Source: Candidatus Planktophila sp.
GTDB lineage: Bacteria > Actinomycetota > Actinomycetes > Nanopelagicales > Nanopelagicaceae
NCBI GenBank assembly: GCA_044346555.1
Contig: JBIIYZ010000004.1
Coordinates: forward strand, 6,361 to 70,360
Direction: 5' to 3'
Length of the DNA: 64,000 bases
In this document: positions 28,894 to 38,833 of the stretch, piece by piece
Position numbering within the stretch: position 1 is the first letter of the stretch
Layout of the letters: every line of letters starts with the position of its first letter
The notes under the pieces: model-generated
What the model saw: the letters and a program-made list of their open reading frames with translations, nothing else
The model's database searches: none
Told to the model about the DNA's origin: nothing
Program-made: the position numbers and the translations under genes

Positions 28894-29838
28894 ATGGAAA
28901 TCCAGCCACTCCCGCTTGAGCGCATTGGCCAACGGTTTTCGATTAGATTGCATGATCCCCAAGGTGGCTACCGAGATGTCGTGGGTCACTTGAAAAGCGC
29001 AACTACTTTGATAAATCGTAAAGGTCAGGAAGTTTCCTTTGATCCAGAACAGATTTTCATTTGGCGAGAGATAGTCGAACGTCCAACTTTGGCGGGCAAA
29101 GGTGCTCCCCTTACCCTGCGAGTACTTGAACTAGATCAAATCTGTGACTTAACTTGGCCGGCAACTGAGAGTATTGAAAATTCTGGTTGGCTTATGCGTG
29201 CTGCAGGCGGTGTTACCAATCGCGCTAACTCCGTCTTACCGCTTGCCGCAAGCCTAGAAACAGGTGCACTCAATAACTTTGCGGAAAAATTTGAGATAGC
29301 TCAGGATTTCTACAGAGGGCGAAACTTGCCCACGATTTTCCAAGTTGCACTTCCGACTTGGCAGCTCTTATCTGACAAATTGCTTTCTATGGGAGCGATC
29401 GAAACTCTTCGTGGCAACACAATGGTTACTGACCTAAATTCAGTTAAGCAAAAGATCCCAACTGGAATTGAAATTGTTGAATCAGATCAATTCAATAATG
29501 ACTGGTTGGGAATTCAGCCAACACCAGGAATCGAAAAAATCTTATCTGGTTGTGCTGCTACTTATCTTAGGTTGGTTAGTAATGGTCAAACTGTGGCCGT
29601 CTGCCGAATCGCGCTGGCAAACGGCTGGTCTTCAATTACGCGAGTTTATGTTCATCAGGATTTTCGCGGAAAAGGTTTAGGAAAAACTATTGTGGCCGCG
29701 GCGCTGGAAAGTAGTTTTGAACAAGGTGCTACTAAAGCAGTGCTTCAAGTTGAAGCAAGTAACGCTATCGCTATTGGTGTTTATGAAGCCTTAGGATTTA
29801 ATTTTCATCATGAGTATTCATTTTTGGAGCTGAAGTAG
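28894..29838 (+). CDS. GNAT family N-acetyltransferase with N-terminal small beta domain
   Basis: RAAGGVTNRANS; acetyl-CoA motif FRGKGLG; AIGVYEALGF. Confidence 0.85.
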   Translation: MEIQPLPLERIGQRFSIRLHDPQGGYRDVVGHLKSATTLINRKGQEVSFDPEQIFIWREIVERPTLAGKGAPLTLRVLELDQICDLTWPATESIENSGWLMRAAGGVTNRANSVLPLAASLETGALNNFAEKFEIAQDFYRGRNLPTIFQVALPTWQLLSDKLLSMGAIETLRGNTMVTDLNSVKQKIPTGIEIVESDQFNNDWLGIQPTPGIEKILSGCAATYLRLVSNGQTVAVCRIALANGWSSITRVYVHQDFRGKGLGKTIVAAALESSFEQGATKAVLQVEASNAIAIGVYEALGFNFHHEYSFLELK

Positions 29839-29840
29839 CT

Positions 29841-31199
29841 ATGCTTAAAATTTATGACACTCAAAGTCGTTCTTTAAAGGAAGTCGTAAGTCAGGGCGAT
29901 GAAGTAACGATTTATTGCTGTGGCCCTACGGTTTACCGAGATGCCCATGTTGGCAATCTACGAACATTTCTATTGTCTGATTTGATTCGTAGAACACTGG
30001 AAATTCAAGGTAAAAGCGTTAATTTAGTGCAGAACATTACTGATGTTGGACACATGGCTGAAGATGTAAACCCGCAGGATAAAATGCTTGCTCAAGCAAA
30101 ATTAGAAGCAATCGATCCTTTTGAGATTGCCCGCAAATATGAGAGAAATTTTCATGATGATCTATCGCTCCTAAATATCAAACCAGCCCGAAGCTATCCG
30201 CGCGCAAGTGAATCAATTGAGTTAATGCATAAGTTGATCTCAAAGCTGATCGAGTTGAACCATGCCTATGTTGGTTCTGATGGTTCGGTTTACTTCGCTG
30301 CTGAAAGCTTCGAAAGTTACGGCGCTATCAGTGGTAATCGTTTAAAGGATTTAAAGCCTGGTCACCGCTATGAATATACCGATGAAGGCGGAAAACGTTT
30401 CCATGCTGACTGGGCACTTTGGAAAGCTGCTGGCGACCGCACCGAAATGGTTTGGGATTCGCCTTGGGGTTTTGGTTTCCCAGGGTGGCATATTGAATGT
30501 TCGGCAATGTCCCTTGATTTATTGGGTGATGAAATCGATATTCACGTAGGCGGCATCGACTTACGTTTTCCGCATCATGAAAACGAACGTGCCCAAACTA
30601 ATTCGGTTACTGGTTTAGAGACAGTAAAACTCTGGGTACATGGCGAACATTTACTGTTCGAAGGCCGCAAAATGGCAAAAAGCAGTGGCAATGTAGTGTT
30701 GCTGCGAGATCTTCCCGAAAAAGGTTTCGACCCACTCGCGCTCAGATTTTGTCTGCTCGAAAATCGCTACCGTTCCCAAATGGATTTAACTTGGGATTCG
30801 ATTGCGGCGGCAAATGCCACTTTGAAACGTTGGCGAAAGAGTGGCTTCGGTAAAGCCACGAGTTACCAGCCAGATCAAGCCATTATCGAAGCTCTAAACA
30901 ATGATCTAGATACGCCCAGAGTTATGCAGAGGTTAAGAAGCGTTGAAAAGGATCCAAACTTGTCGGATGCCGAAAAAGCCGAATTGTTTACTTTCGCAGA
31001 CCTAGTTCTAGCTCTTGATTTAAGGCGCGATCTGGTTGTGCCAGAACTGCCGGCTGAGCTGGCGCGCTTATTGGTAGAACGTGAGTTAGCTAGAAGTGCA
31101 AAGAATTGGAACGAGAGCGATCGCTTACGAATTGAATTAGAAAGAGCTGGCCTACTAATTAATGACACTACCGATGGGCAAGAATGGGAATTACGCTAA
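29841..31199 (+). CDS. cysS: Cysteine--tRNA ligase
   Basis: CGPTVY..AHVGN (HIGH), PGWHIECSAM, HHENE, KMAKS, C-terminal anticodon-binding SDRLRIEL...DTTDGQEW. Confidence 0.95.
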   Translation: MLKIYDTQSRSLKEVVSQGDEVTIYCCGPTVYRDAHVGNLRTFLLSDLIRRTLEIQGKSVNLVQNITDVGHMAEDVNPQDKMLAQAKLEAIDPFEIARKYERNFHDDLSLLNIKPARSYPRASESIELMHKLISKLIELNHAYVGSDGSVYFAAESFESYGAISGNRLKDLKPGHRYEYTDEGGKRFHADWALWKAAGDRTEMVWDSPWGFGFPGWHIECSAMSLDLLGDEIDIHVGGIDLRFPHHENERAQTNSVTGLETVKLWVHGEHLLFEGRKMAKSSGNVVLLRDLPEKGFDPLALRFCLLENRYRSQMDLTWDSIAAANATLKRWRKSGFGKATSYQPDQAIIEALNNDLDTPRVMQRLRSVEKDPNLSDAEKAELFTFADLVLALDLRRDLVVPELPAELARLLVERELARSAKNWNESDRLRIELERAGLLINDTTDGQEWELR

Positions 31200-31507
31200 A
31201 TCGGCAAGAAGATTGCAATCACCAAAGCAAAAGTTCCCAGCAAAATAAGCAAGGACCCCGCTAAATCCCCTTGAATAAGTAACTCGCCACCAACTCCCAG
31301 GGTTGCGCCTTGAACAACTACAACTAACCAAGTAATCGCTGCCAAGTATTTGTACTTTCTTAATCGCCAAGTTCGACCAACTGCCCAAATTCCAACAACG
31401 GTAGCAGCTAGCCCAAGTATCAGTCCTAGTGGAAATAAAAGTAGATGCAGCAAAGTGGCACTGGCTCCAAGAAGGGCGCCTGCTACAACAGAATAAATCA
31501 GCTTCAT
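31196..31507 (-). CDS. Small membrane protein (DUF6113-like)
   Basis: Four hydrophobic segments; GGELLIQGD; usual gene after mshB. Confidence 0.6.
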   Translation of the reverse strand: MKLIYSVVAGALLGASATLLHLLLFPLGLILGLAATVVGIWAVGRTWRLRKYKYLAAITWLVVVVQGATLGVGGELLIQGDLAGSLLILLGTFALVIAIFLPI

Positions 31508-31510
31508 GAG

Positions 31511-32380
31511 CTACAAAGCTATTCCAGCGAATAAATCTATTTCACGCCCATCGCCATTAAGCGGTTCGCTCGGATTACCTTTGACTAACGAGAAGAACTC
31601 GTGGCCCCAAACCTGTAGCCCTAACTGGTTTGAGAGGGCAAAGAACGGGCCATCTAATTCAATTTGAGTTGCATGTGCTGCCATCGCCGCCATTTTCGCA
31701 TCGACATAATCGTTGGCATCAACTACTGCAGTTACCAATTCATCGGCTTTGGCAAAAGGTAAATCGTCAACACTTTCAGCGCCAAAGAATGTTGAACCAA
31801 CCTCTTTCATGGCCGCAATTCCATTAGCTAGCACGGACTTAGGCATTGCATTCCAATAAATTTTAGAAATTTGCCAATCAGTTGCTAACTCAGCCGCCCG
31901 CATTGCGACCCGGTGCGCTTGAATATGGTCCGGGTGACCATATCCACCAATTTCATCGTAAGTAATCAAAATATGTGGTTTTACCTCGTGAATGATTTGG
32001 ACCAATAGATCTGCAGCTGAGTCAAGATTAGCCTGCCAGAAACAATCGGTGCGATTATTTGGTTCAGTCCCCATCATGCCACTATCGCGAAATTTGATTT
32101 TTCCTTCACCAAGAAAACGATGATCGGTAACGCCCAGTGCTTTCATGGCATCAGCTAATTCAAGAACGCGATGATCACCTAGCTGGTCAGTTTCATGCGC
32201 TGCTAAATGAGCTAAATCTGGCACTAAAACTTCACCTTCTTCGCCACGAGTGCAAGTAACTAAAGTTATTTGCGCACCAAGGGCTGAATACATCGCCATG
32301 GTTGCACCATTGTTAATGGTTTCATCATCTGGATGTGCGTGAACGAAAAGTGCTCGGTAACCCTGATATGGCTGAGACAT
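31511..32380 (-). CDS. mshB: GlcNAc-Ins deacetylase of mycothiol biosynthesis (start corrected)
   Basis: VHAHPDDE, TCTRGEEGE, RDSGMMG, GGYGHPDHIQAHRV, AHATQ. Confidence 0.93.
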   Translation of the reverse strand: MSQPYQGYRALFVHAHPDDETINNGATMAMYSALGAQITLVTCTRGEEGEVLVPDLAHLAAHETDQLGDHRVLELADAMKALGVTDHRFLGEGKIKFRDSGMMGTEPNNRTDCFWQANLDSAADLLVQIIHEVKPHILITYDEIGGYGHPDHIQAHRVAMRAAELATDWQISKIYWNAMPKSVLANGIAAMKEVGSTFFGAESVDDLPFAKADELVTAVVDANDYVDAKMAAMAAHATQIELDGPFFALSNQLGLQVWGHEFFSLVKGNPSEPLNGDGREIDLFAGIAL

Positions 32381-33585
32381 TAATACACCGGAAGCGAAGT
32401 ATCGATTTGTTTCGCCCACGCTAAAACGCCACCGCTCACATGTGTAGCATCAGCGAAACCAGCACCTTTCAAAATTGCTAAGCACTCAGCTGATCGCACA
32501 CCAGACTTGCAGTGCAGAATAATTGGCTTGTCCTGTGGCAGATTAGTTAGCGCTGTGCCATCAAGGAAACCTTGCTTTGGAATCAAGGTAGATCCTGGAA
32601 TTCGTACGATCTCGAATTCGCTTGGCTCTCGCACATCAATTAGAAAGAAGTTCTCGTTACGGTCGATCTTGTTCTTGAGTTCAGAAACCGAGATGGTCGA
32701 CTCTTTTACAGCTACTTCGGCAGCATCTGATAGCACTCCGCAGAATGCTTCATAATCTGGCAAAAGTGCGGTCTGAGTTGGGTGGTCTGAACAAATTGGG
32801 CAGTTCGGATCTTTGCGTACTTTGATTTTCCGATAACTCATTTCGAGTCCGTCATAAATCATCAGTGAGCCAATTAGTGGTTCGCCGATTCCAGTAATAA
32901 CTTTGATTGCCTCAGTAGTTTGAATTGAGCCAATTGATGCACAGAGAACGCCAAGTACGCCACCTTCGGCACAGCTCGGAACCATTCCTGGGGGTGGTGG
33001 TTCTGGATACAAGCATCGGTAGCAAGGACCAAATTCGGCCCAGAACACACTAGCTTGTCCATCAAAGCGGTAAATAGAACCCCATACATACGGCTTCTTT
33101 AGGAGAACACAAGCATCATTTACCAAGTAGCGAGTTGCAAAGTTATCGGTGCCATCAACAATGATGTCGTACTGCGCAAAGATCTCCATAACATTTGAAT
33201 TATCGAGACGAGTTTCATGCAGAATTACATTTACATATGGGTTGATTTCAGCGATTTTTTCTTGAGCACTCTTAGCTTTACTCTTACCAATATCTGATTG
33301 GCCATGAATAATCTGACGCTGTAAATTTGATTCATCGACCGTATCGAATTCGGCAATTCCAATTGTGCCGACACCAGCAGCTGCTAGATACATGAGCGCA
33401 GGTGAACCTAATCCACCCGCTCCAACACAGAGAACCTTTGCATTCATTAATCGCGCTTGGCCGGCCATAGCAAGATCGGGAATGATTAAGTGGCGACTGT
33501 AGCGACGAACTTCATCGACAGTTAACGCGCGACCTGGTTCAACTAATGGTGGAATCTTCATCTCTATCGCCTTTTTATTGCTCAC
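32380..33585 (-). CDS. moeZ: MoeZ/MoeB adenylyltransferase-sulfurtransferase (ThiF plus rhodanese)
   Basis: RRYSRHL, GAGGLGS, SNLQRQ, CYRC, CPIC, rhodanese HCKSGVRS; start may be 33561. Confidence 0.92.
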   Translation of the reverse strand: MSNKKAIEMKIPPLVEPGRALTVDEVRRYSRHLIIPDLAMAGQARLMNAKVLCVGAGGLGSPALMYLAAAGVGTIGIAEFDTVDESNLQRQIIHGQSDIGKSKAKSAQEKIAEINPYVNVILHETRLDNSNVMEIFAQYDIIVDGTDNFATRYLVNDACVLLKKPYVWGSIYRFDGQASVFWAEFGPCYRCLYPEPPPPGMVPSCAEGGVLGVLCASIGSIQTTEAIKVITGIGEPLIGSLMIYDGLEMSYRKIKVRKDPNCPICSDHPTQTALLPDYEAFCGVLSDAAEVAVKESTISVSELKNKIDRNENFFLIDVREPSEFEIVRIPGSTLIPKQGFLDGTALTNLPQDKPIILHCKSGVRSAECLAILKGAGFADATHVSGGVLAWAKQIDTSLPVY

Positions 33586-33638
33586 TTGGTAACTCGATTA
33601 CGGGGTTATTCTGCCGTAGAACGTCACTTGGTTGCTAA

Positions 33639-33655
33639 TTGCGATAAGTTCGCAA
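33639..33655. promoter_or_regulatory. Inverted repeat TTGCGA-N5-TCGCAA, candidate TetR operator
   Basis: Perfect 6-bp arms in the divergent moeZ/TetR intergenic region. Confidence 0.35.
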
Positions 33656-33702
33656 AAAACATAGAGGTGTAATTTCCTAGTTTTGCCTCTAGCATTAGCT
33701 CA

Positions 33703-34323
33703 ATGAGTACAACTGATGCACGTGACAATAAGCCGCGCTTACCTCGTGACGAGCGCCGAGCACTCTTGCTGGCTGCAGCCCTTGAAGTGTTTACTGCCGC
33801 GGGTTACCACAGCGCAGCAATGGATGAAATTGCCGATCGGGCTGGAGTAAGCAAGCCAGTTCTCTATCAGCATTTCCCATCAAAGCTCGAACTTTATCTA
33901 GCAGTCCTGGATCTACATATTGATTCGTTAGTGTTTCAAATCCAGAGAGCGATTGCTTCGAATACCGAGAATGCTGGTCGAGTTCGCGCAACAGTTGATG
34001 CCTACTTTGATTTTATTGAAAGTGAAGGAGAAGCTTTCCGTTTGCTTTTTGAAAGTGATATGAATGTTGAACCTGCGGTACATGAGCGTTTAAATCGAAT
34101 GACATATGACTGTGCAGCAGCAATTAGTGCAGTGATCTCGATCGAAACTGGCTTGCCACAAGAGGCATCGATGTTGCTCGGTGTTTCACTAATCGGATCA
34201 ATTCAAGTGGGTGCTCGACATTGGCTTGATCGAGATAGCAAGTTATCGCGCGAACAAGCGGCTCGATTAATCGAGAGTTTGATGTGGCGTGGGGTATCTG
34301 GATTCCCGTTAGGCAACAACTGA
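33703..34323 (+). CDS. TetR/AcrR family regulator (Rv3208-like)
   Basis: RLPRDERR, GYHSAAMDEIADRAGVSKPVLYQHFPSKLELY. Confidence 0.95.
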   Translation: MSTTDARDNKPRLPRDERRALLLAAALEVFTAAGYHSAAMDEIADRAGVSKPVLYQHFPSKLELYLAVLDLHIDSLVFQIQRAIASNTENAGRVRATVDAYFDFIESEGEAFRLLFESDMNVEPAVHERLNRMTYDCAAAISAVISIETGLPQEASMLLGVSLIGSIQVGARHWLDRDSKLSREQAARLIESLMWRGVSGFPLGNN

Positions 34324-34345
34324 AGTAATCCCATAGGATTGCCCC

Positions 34346-34603
34346 ATGGCTACAAAGAAAACAGAATCAGTCCAAAAATCAGAAGTCCGTATTGCGGTTG
34401 CGAATGTAAGCAGCGATCTCGCTTTTGAGAGCCCAACTACCCCAGCTGAAATCTCAGCTGCCGTTAGCGCAGCTATCAGCGCCGGAACTCCCCTGGTGTT
34501 AAAAGATGTCCGCGGCCGTACCATCATGGTGCCAGCCGATCGAATTGGTTTTGTAGAAATTGGCGAACAAACCGATCGACGCGTCGGTTTCGGCTCCCTC
34601 TAA
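34346..34603 (+). CDS. DUF3107 domain protein
   Basis: EVRIAV...L.D..GR..MVP...IGFVEIG....RRVGFG. Confidence 0.88.
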   Translation: MATKKTESVQKSEVRIAVANVSSDLAFESPTTPAEISAAVSAAISAGTPLVLKDVRGRTIMVPADRIGFVEIGEQTDRRVGFGSL

Positions 34604-34604
34604 C

Positions 34605-35960
34605 GTGACAATAACTTTCGCTGATCTGCCGTTACGTAAATCAACAATTGATGCGCTGACTGTACATGGCTTTACTTCACCATTTCCAATTCAAGAAGCT
34701 GTTCTACCGATCGCGCTATCTGATGGCGATGTAATTGGCCAAGCTAAAACTGGTACTGGCAAGACTTTAGGTTTCGGAATTCCAATTATTGAGCGCATCA
34801 TCGCTCCCCTTGATTCCGAATGGGATGCCCTTGAGTTTAAAGGTCAACCCCAAGCACTCGTTGTTGTACCTACGCGTGAACTTTGCGTTCAAGTAACTAA
34901 AGACATTGCTGAATTAGTGGGTAATCGTGGAGTTCGAGTTCTGGCGGTTTATGGTGGCCGCGCATTTGAGCCACAGATTGAAGCTCTAGAACAAGGCGTT
35001 GAAATTGTGGTGGGCACACCTGGTCGCCTGCTTGATCTTTATCGTCAAGGGCAACTAAAACTTAAGAACGTTTCCCGATTAGTGCTCGATGAAGCTGATG
35101 AAATGTTAGATCTAGGCTTCTTACCAGATGTCGAAAAGATCTTTACCAGCACCCCTAATCGTCAACAAACGATGTTGTTCTCGGCAACAATGCCTGGCGA
35201 CATCATTGCCCTTGCTCGACGCTTCATGAATCAACCAGTTCATATTCGTACGCAGGATAATGAAGATGAAGGCGCAGTAGTTTCCAAAATCGAACAACAC
35301 GTTGTGCGTGCACATGCTCTAGATAAAATTGAAATGCTAGCTCGCATCCTGCAATCTGAAGGTCGCGGACCCACAATTGTCTTCTGTCGCACAAAGCGCA
35401 CTTGCCAGAAAACAGCTGATGATTTGTTAGAGCGCGGCTTTAGATCAGACACAATTCACGGTGATCTAGGTCAGGGTGCTCGCGAAAAAGCTCTTAATGA
35501 CTTTAAAGCGGGTAAGTCTGATGTCCTGGTTGCCACCGATGTGGCTGCTCGCGGAATTGATATTGACGGAATTACCCACGTAGTTAATTACCAATGCCCG
35601 GAAGATGAAAAAACTTATGTGCACCGCATTGGGCGTACTGCTCGTGCTGGCGCTCATGGTATTTCCGTGACCTTTGTTGACTGGGACGAGTTAGCTCGTT
35701 GGAAAATGATCGACACCGCCTTAAATCTAAATCTAGGCGAACCTGAAGAAACCTACTCTTCTTCAGAATCACTATTTACTAAATTTAAGATTCCGGCTGG
35801 CTCTACTGGTCGAATGAATGTAGCTAAGAAAATAGCGCCAGTTAAGAGTGCCCCAGCTGCTGAAAAGCCTAAGGCTAAGAGCTCACCTGCCACTTCTGAG
35901 AAGCCAAATACTGAACGAGTTAAGCGCGAACGAGTTCGTACTAAGCGAATCGCTGACTAA
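34605..35960 (+). CDS. DEAD-box RNA helicase (Rv3211/RhlE-like; start corrected to GTG 34605)
   Basis: Q motif FPIQE, AKTGTGKT, PTREL, TPGR, DEAD, SAT, ARGID, HRIGRTAR. Confidence 0.95.
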   Translation: MTITFADLPLRKSTIDALTVHGFTSPFPIQEAVLPIALSDGDVIGQAKTGTGKTLGFGIPIIERIIAPLDSEWDALEFKGQPQALVVVPTRELCVQVTKDIAELVGNRGVRVLAVYGGRAFEPQIEALEQGVEIVVGTPGRLLDLYRQGQLKLKNVSRLVLDEADEMLDLGFLPDVEKIFTSTPNRQQTMLFSATMPGDIIALARRFMNQPVHIRTQDNEDEGAVVSKIEQHVVRAHALDKIEMLARILQSEGRGPTIVFCRTKRTCQKTADDLLERGFRSDTIHGDLGQGAREKALNDFKAGKSDVLVATDVAARGIDIDGITHVVNYQCPEDEKTYVHRIGRTARAGAHGISVTFVDWDELARWKMIDTALNLNLGEPEETYSSSESLFTKFKIPAGSTGRMNVAKKIAPVKSAPAAEKPKAKSSPATSEKPNTERVKRERVRTKRIAD

Positions 35961-36586
35961 AAAATCTTAAGTTCTTCAAGAATCGAATAAGCAGCATCGC
36001 GGTATTGCTGTGCGATTTCAGAGTTCTTATCGTTAGTTAATACGCTAATTGTTTTAGCTTCAGCCACAAGCACTTCGGCGGCAATCGAAATTTCGCCATC
36101 AATCAAATTCAACTCGGCGGCAATCAATTTGCCTAACTCAGAACTATCTGCGGCAAAGAATGGCAGAGCTTTACATGGAGCCGAAGTAATTTTCATAACT
36201 GCTAGGGCACCTCTTAGAGAATGAATGCTCTCTCGAACTGGTGAGATAACTAGCTGGGCAGCTTTCAAAACTTCATCTAACTCAGGTGTGAACAGTGGTG
36301 CCGTATCTATTAAAACTAAATCGTATTTTTCTGGAATCTCTGCGATTAAGTTAGCTAACGAATCAGTTGCGGTATGTGGTCTTAGATCAAAACGTTCAAC
36401 GCAGTTAATTACATTTTCGCGGGTTCGTTCGTGACCAAGTTTAAAAGTTAGCGCGCCGGATGAATCCAAATCAACCACTAAAGCTTTCTTGCCGAATTCA
36501 GCAGAAGCAACTGCCAATGCGTGGGTCAAAGTTGTTTTACCAACGCCACCAGCAAAGCTGGCCAAAACTACAATCGGAGTACTCAT
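35957..36586 (-). CDS. Short, divergent ParA/Soj family protein
   Basis: FAGGVGKTT, VDLD, LIDTAP; 209 aa. Confidence 0.75.
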   Translation of the reverse strand: MSTPIVVLASFAGGVGKTTLTHALAVASAEFGKKALVVDLDSSGALTFKLGHERTRENVINCVERFDLRPHTATDSLANLIAEIPEKYDLVLIDTAPLFTPELDEVLKAAQLVISPVRESIHSLRGALAVMKITSAPCKALPFFAADSSELGKLIAAELNLIDGEISIAAEVLVAEAKTISVLTNDKNSEIAQQYRDAAYSILEELKIF

Positions 36587-37377
36587 GCGGCGTTAACTCC
36601 CCAACGGATTCTGGCTTCAATTAAAACTGGTGGCAGCAAACCATCAAAGGGAACTACGAGCAAGCTCTTGCGAAGCGCAGTCATTGCGAAATCAGTTGCT
36701 AGCCCTTGTCCTGGCAAAGTTGGCCAACCGTAAAGCGCTCGTGCCCAATTCGGCAAAGCAGCACCAGCTAAAGCGGCAACCGCTGCCCAGGCTGGGGCTG
36801 CAGGTGTTGCAAAACGTACTGCTGTTGGTAATGGTGGAACCGTTAAAAAGAGAGCGGCTCGTTTGGCGTCATCACTGGCACTTAACTCTGGTGAGATATC
36901 AATAAAATATTGCTTCATTTCAGCCACAGTTTTAGGAACAATGGATTCATCAATGCCGACCGCCTGTGCGAATAGCACCATTTCTGCCACATATTGATCT
37001 CGTTCTGCAGCAGAAAGTGCCATTCCGGATCTAACTGCCACATCTAAAAATGAATCGACCATAGACATATGAACCCAAAGTAAAAGTTTGGGATCATCAA
37101 GACCAAGATGTGCGTGAATTTTGCGCACTCGAGCAGTTAATTCATTTGCCTCTGCCGGTGTTCCGAAAGTTACCACTGTTACATAATCTCCAGTGCGCTG
37201 TAATCGGCCCCAAGCATCTTCGCGGAAATTTGAATGCTCGGCAACGCCTGCCATCGCTTGCGGATGTAGAGCTTGTTGAAATAGCGCACGGATTCCGCCA
37301 ATTAACATGGCAGGGTCAGAATGAATCTTCCAGGCAATTGAAGATGGTGGAAAAAGTCCTAATTCGACGCTACTCAT
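36583..37377 (-). CDS. Oxygenase MpaB family (DUF2236) protein
   Basis: GLFPPSSIAWKIH, GGIRALFQQALHP..MAGV..HS.FR.D.WGRL.RT, WVH. Confidence 0.85.
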   Translation of the reverse strand: MSSVELGLFPPSSIAWKIHSDPAMLIGGIRALFQQALHPQAMAGVAEHSNFREDAWGRLQRTGDYVTVVTFGTPAEANELTARVRKIHAHLGLDDPKLLLWVHMSMVDSFLDVAVRSGMALSAAERDQYVAEMVLFAQAVGIDESIVPKTVAEMKQYFIDISPELSASDDAKRAALFLTVPPLPTAVRFATPAAPAWAAVAALAGAALPNWARALYGWPTLPGQGLATDFAMTALRKSLLVVPFDGLLPPVLIEARIRWGVNAA

Positions 37378-37991
37378 TGCGCTATGAAAGCTCTAATCGC
37401 ATCAACCAACATCTGAACTGAAATCGCAGCAAGCAATAGACCAGCAATGCGAGCAACTAAATTAACGCCAGATTCTTTAATGACTTTCAAAATCGTAGTT
37501 GAAGAGATGAGCGCAAGTGCAATAACAATGTGAACGGCAAGAACTGCTGCGACTAAACCAATTGCTTGGCCAGTATTTTGAACTTGTTGCACGAAAATCA
37601 TGGTGGCCACAATTGCACCTGGCCCAGCTAACAGCGGGGTTCCCAGCGGTACTAGAGCTACATTCTTATCACGCGCTTCAGTTGAGCCCGAATCTTTTCC
37701 AGTTAGCAATTCAAGTGAGACCAGCAAAAGCAGAAGGCCGCCGGCTGCCTGCAAGGATGCAATTGAAATATGCAAGTAATCCAGAATCATCTGACCAAAG
37801 ATGGCAAATATAGAAATTACCAAGAGCGATACACCTGCTGCTTGTACAGCTAATTTACGTCGATCTCTAGGTGTTCGATCGGCAACCAAGCCTAGAAAAA
37901 TAGGCGCAGCGCCTGGCGGGTCGAAAATAACAAAGAGAGTGACAAAACTTTGGATCGCAAAAGTAAGTGCGCTGACTTCAGCAAGATTCAT
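37374..37991 (-). CDS. MarC family membrane protein (start corrected)
   Basis: TLFVIFDPPG..PIF, ALVPLGTPLLAGPGAI, RIAGLLLAAI. Confidence 0.93.
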   Translation of the reverse strand: MNLAEVSALTFAIQSFVTLFVIFDPPGAAPIFLGLVADRTPRDRRKLAVQAAGVSLLVISIFAIFGQMILDYLHISIASLQAAGGLLLLLVSLELLTGKDSGSTEARDKNVALVPLGTPLLAGPGAIVATMIFVQQVQNTGQAIGLVAAVLAVHIVIALALISSTTILKVIKESGVNLVARIAGLLLAAISVQMLVDAIRAFIAQ

Positions 37992-38833
37992 GCGGTAACC
38001 ACCCTTCGAGCATCTGCCATAGCTTCTAAACGTTCCCATTCTGCTGGATCAGTCACGTTTTCGCCTAACGAGTTCAATTTACCAGTGCCGTGATAATCAC
38101 TCGATCCAGTCATAACTAGATCTAACTCACTAGCAATGCTCAATAAACTTAAACGTTCTTCGTTGCTCTGATCGCGATGGTTTACCTCGATGCCATTTAA
38201 GCCGGCGGCTTTAAGATCTATAAAATCTGAGCTTTGCAATATTTGCCCACGCATTGAAGCAAATGGATGAGCGATTACGGCAACTCCCCCGGCAGCTCGA
38301 ATCAATTTGACTGCTTCCTCCGGCGTTGGAGCTAAGTGCGATACATAATATTTAGATTCATTATTGAGCAACTCCAAGAAAGCTTCATCTCGAGTTTTGA
38401 TTACTTTCTTAGCAACTAGCGCATCTGCTAAATGTGGTCGCCCCATTGTGGCTCCTGGCGGCATAGCGGCTTCAACATCTGTTATTGAAATGTCGATGCC
38501 ATCGGCTTGCATTAATTCAATCATTTTGCGCATTCGGGGCAATCGCTCATCGCGAGTATTTTCTAGCGCTTCGAGCAACGCCACATTTGTTCCGTCAAAA
38601 AGCAAGCCAAGCATATGAACACTTATGCCTGCTTTGGTTAGGCAGGAAATTTCGGCACCTAGAACTAATTTTAGATCGCCACGTAAAGTCTGAACAGCAC
38701 TCTCCCAACCCGCAATCGCATCGTGATCGGTGACTGCCAGAGTATCTAAACCTTGCGCCAGGGCTTTATTAACTAATTGTGCGGGTGAATCTGTGCCATC
38801 ACTTACTGTCGTGTGGGTATGAAGATCAATCAC
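37988..38833 (-). CDS. PHP-domain metallophosphoesterase
   Basis: IDLHTHT..SDG, TDHD, AHP, GSSDYHG; GAGGAG upstream of GTG 38833. Confidence 0.92.
   Translation of the reverse strand: MIDLHTHTTVSDGTDSPAQLVNKALAQGLDTLAVTDHDAIAGWESAVQTLRGDLKLVLGAEISCLTKAGISVHMLGLLFDGTNVALLEALENTRDERLPRMRKMIELMQADGIDISITDVEAAMPPGATMGRPHLADALVAKKVIKTRDEAFLELLNNESKYYVSHLAPTPEEAVKLIRAAGGVAVIAHPFASMRGQILQSSDFIDLKAAGLNGIEVNHRDQSNEERLSLLSIASELDLVMTGSSDYHGTGKLNSLGENVTDPAEWERLEAMADARRVVTA

Noticed and set aside
29841-31199. CysRS homologue as mycothiol ligase MshC because it is near mshB
   Set aside because: It has CGPTVY/HVGN and a full anticodon-binding domain; MshC has CGITPY and lacks that domain
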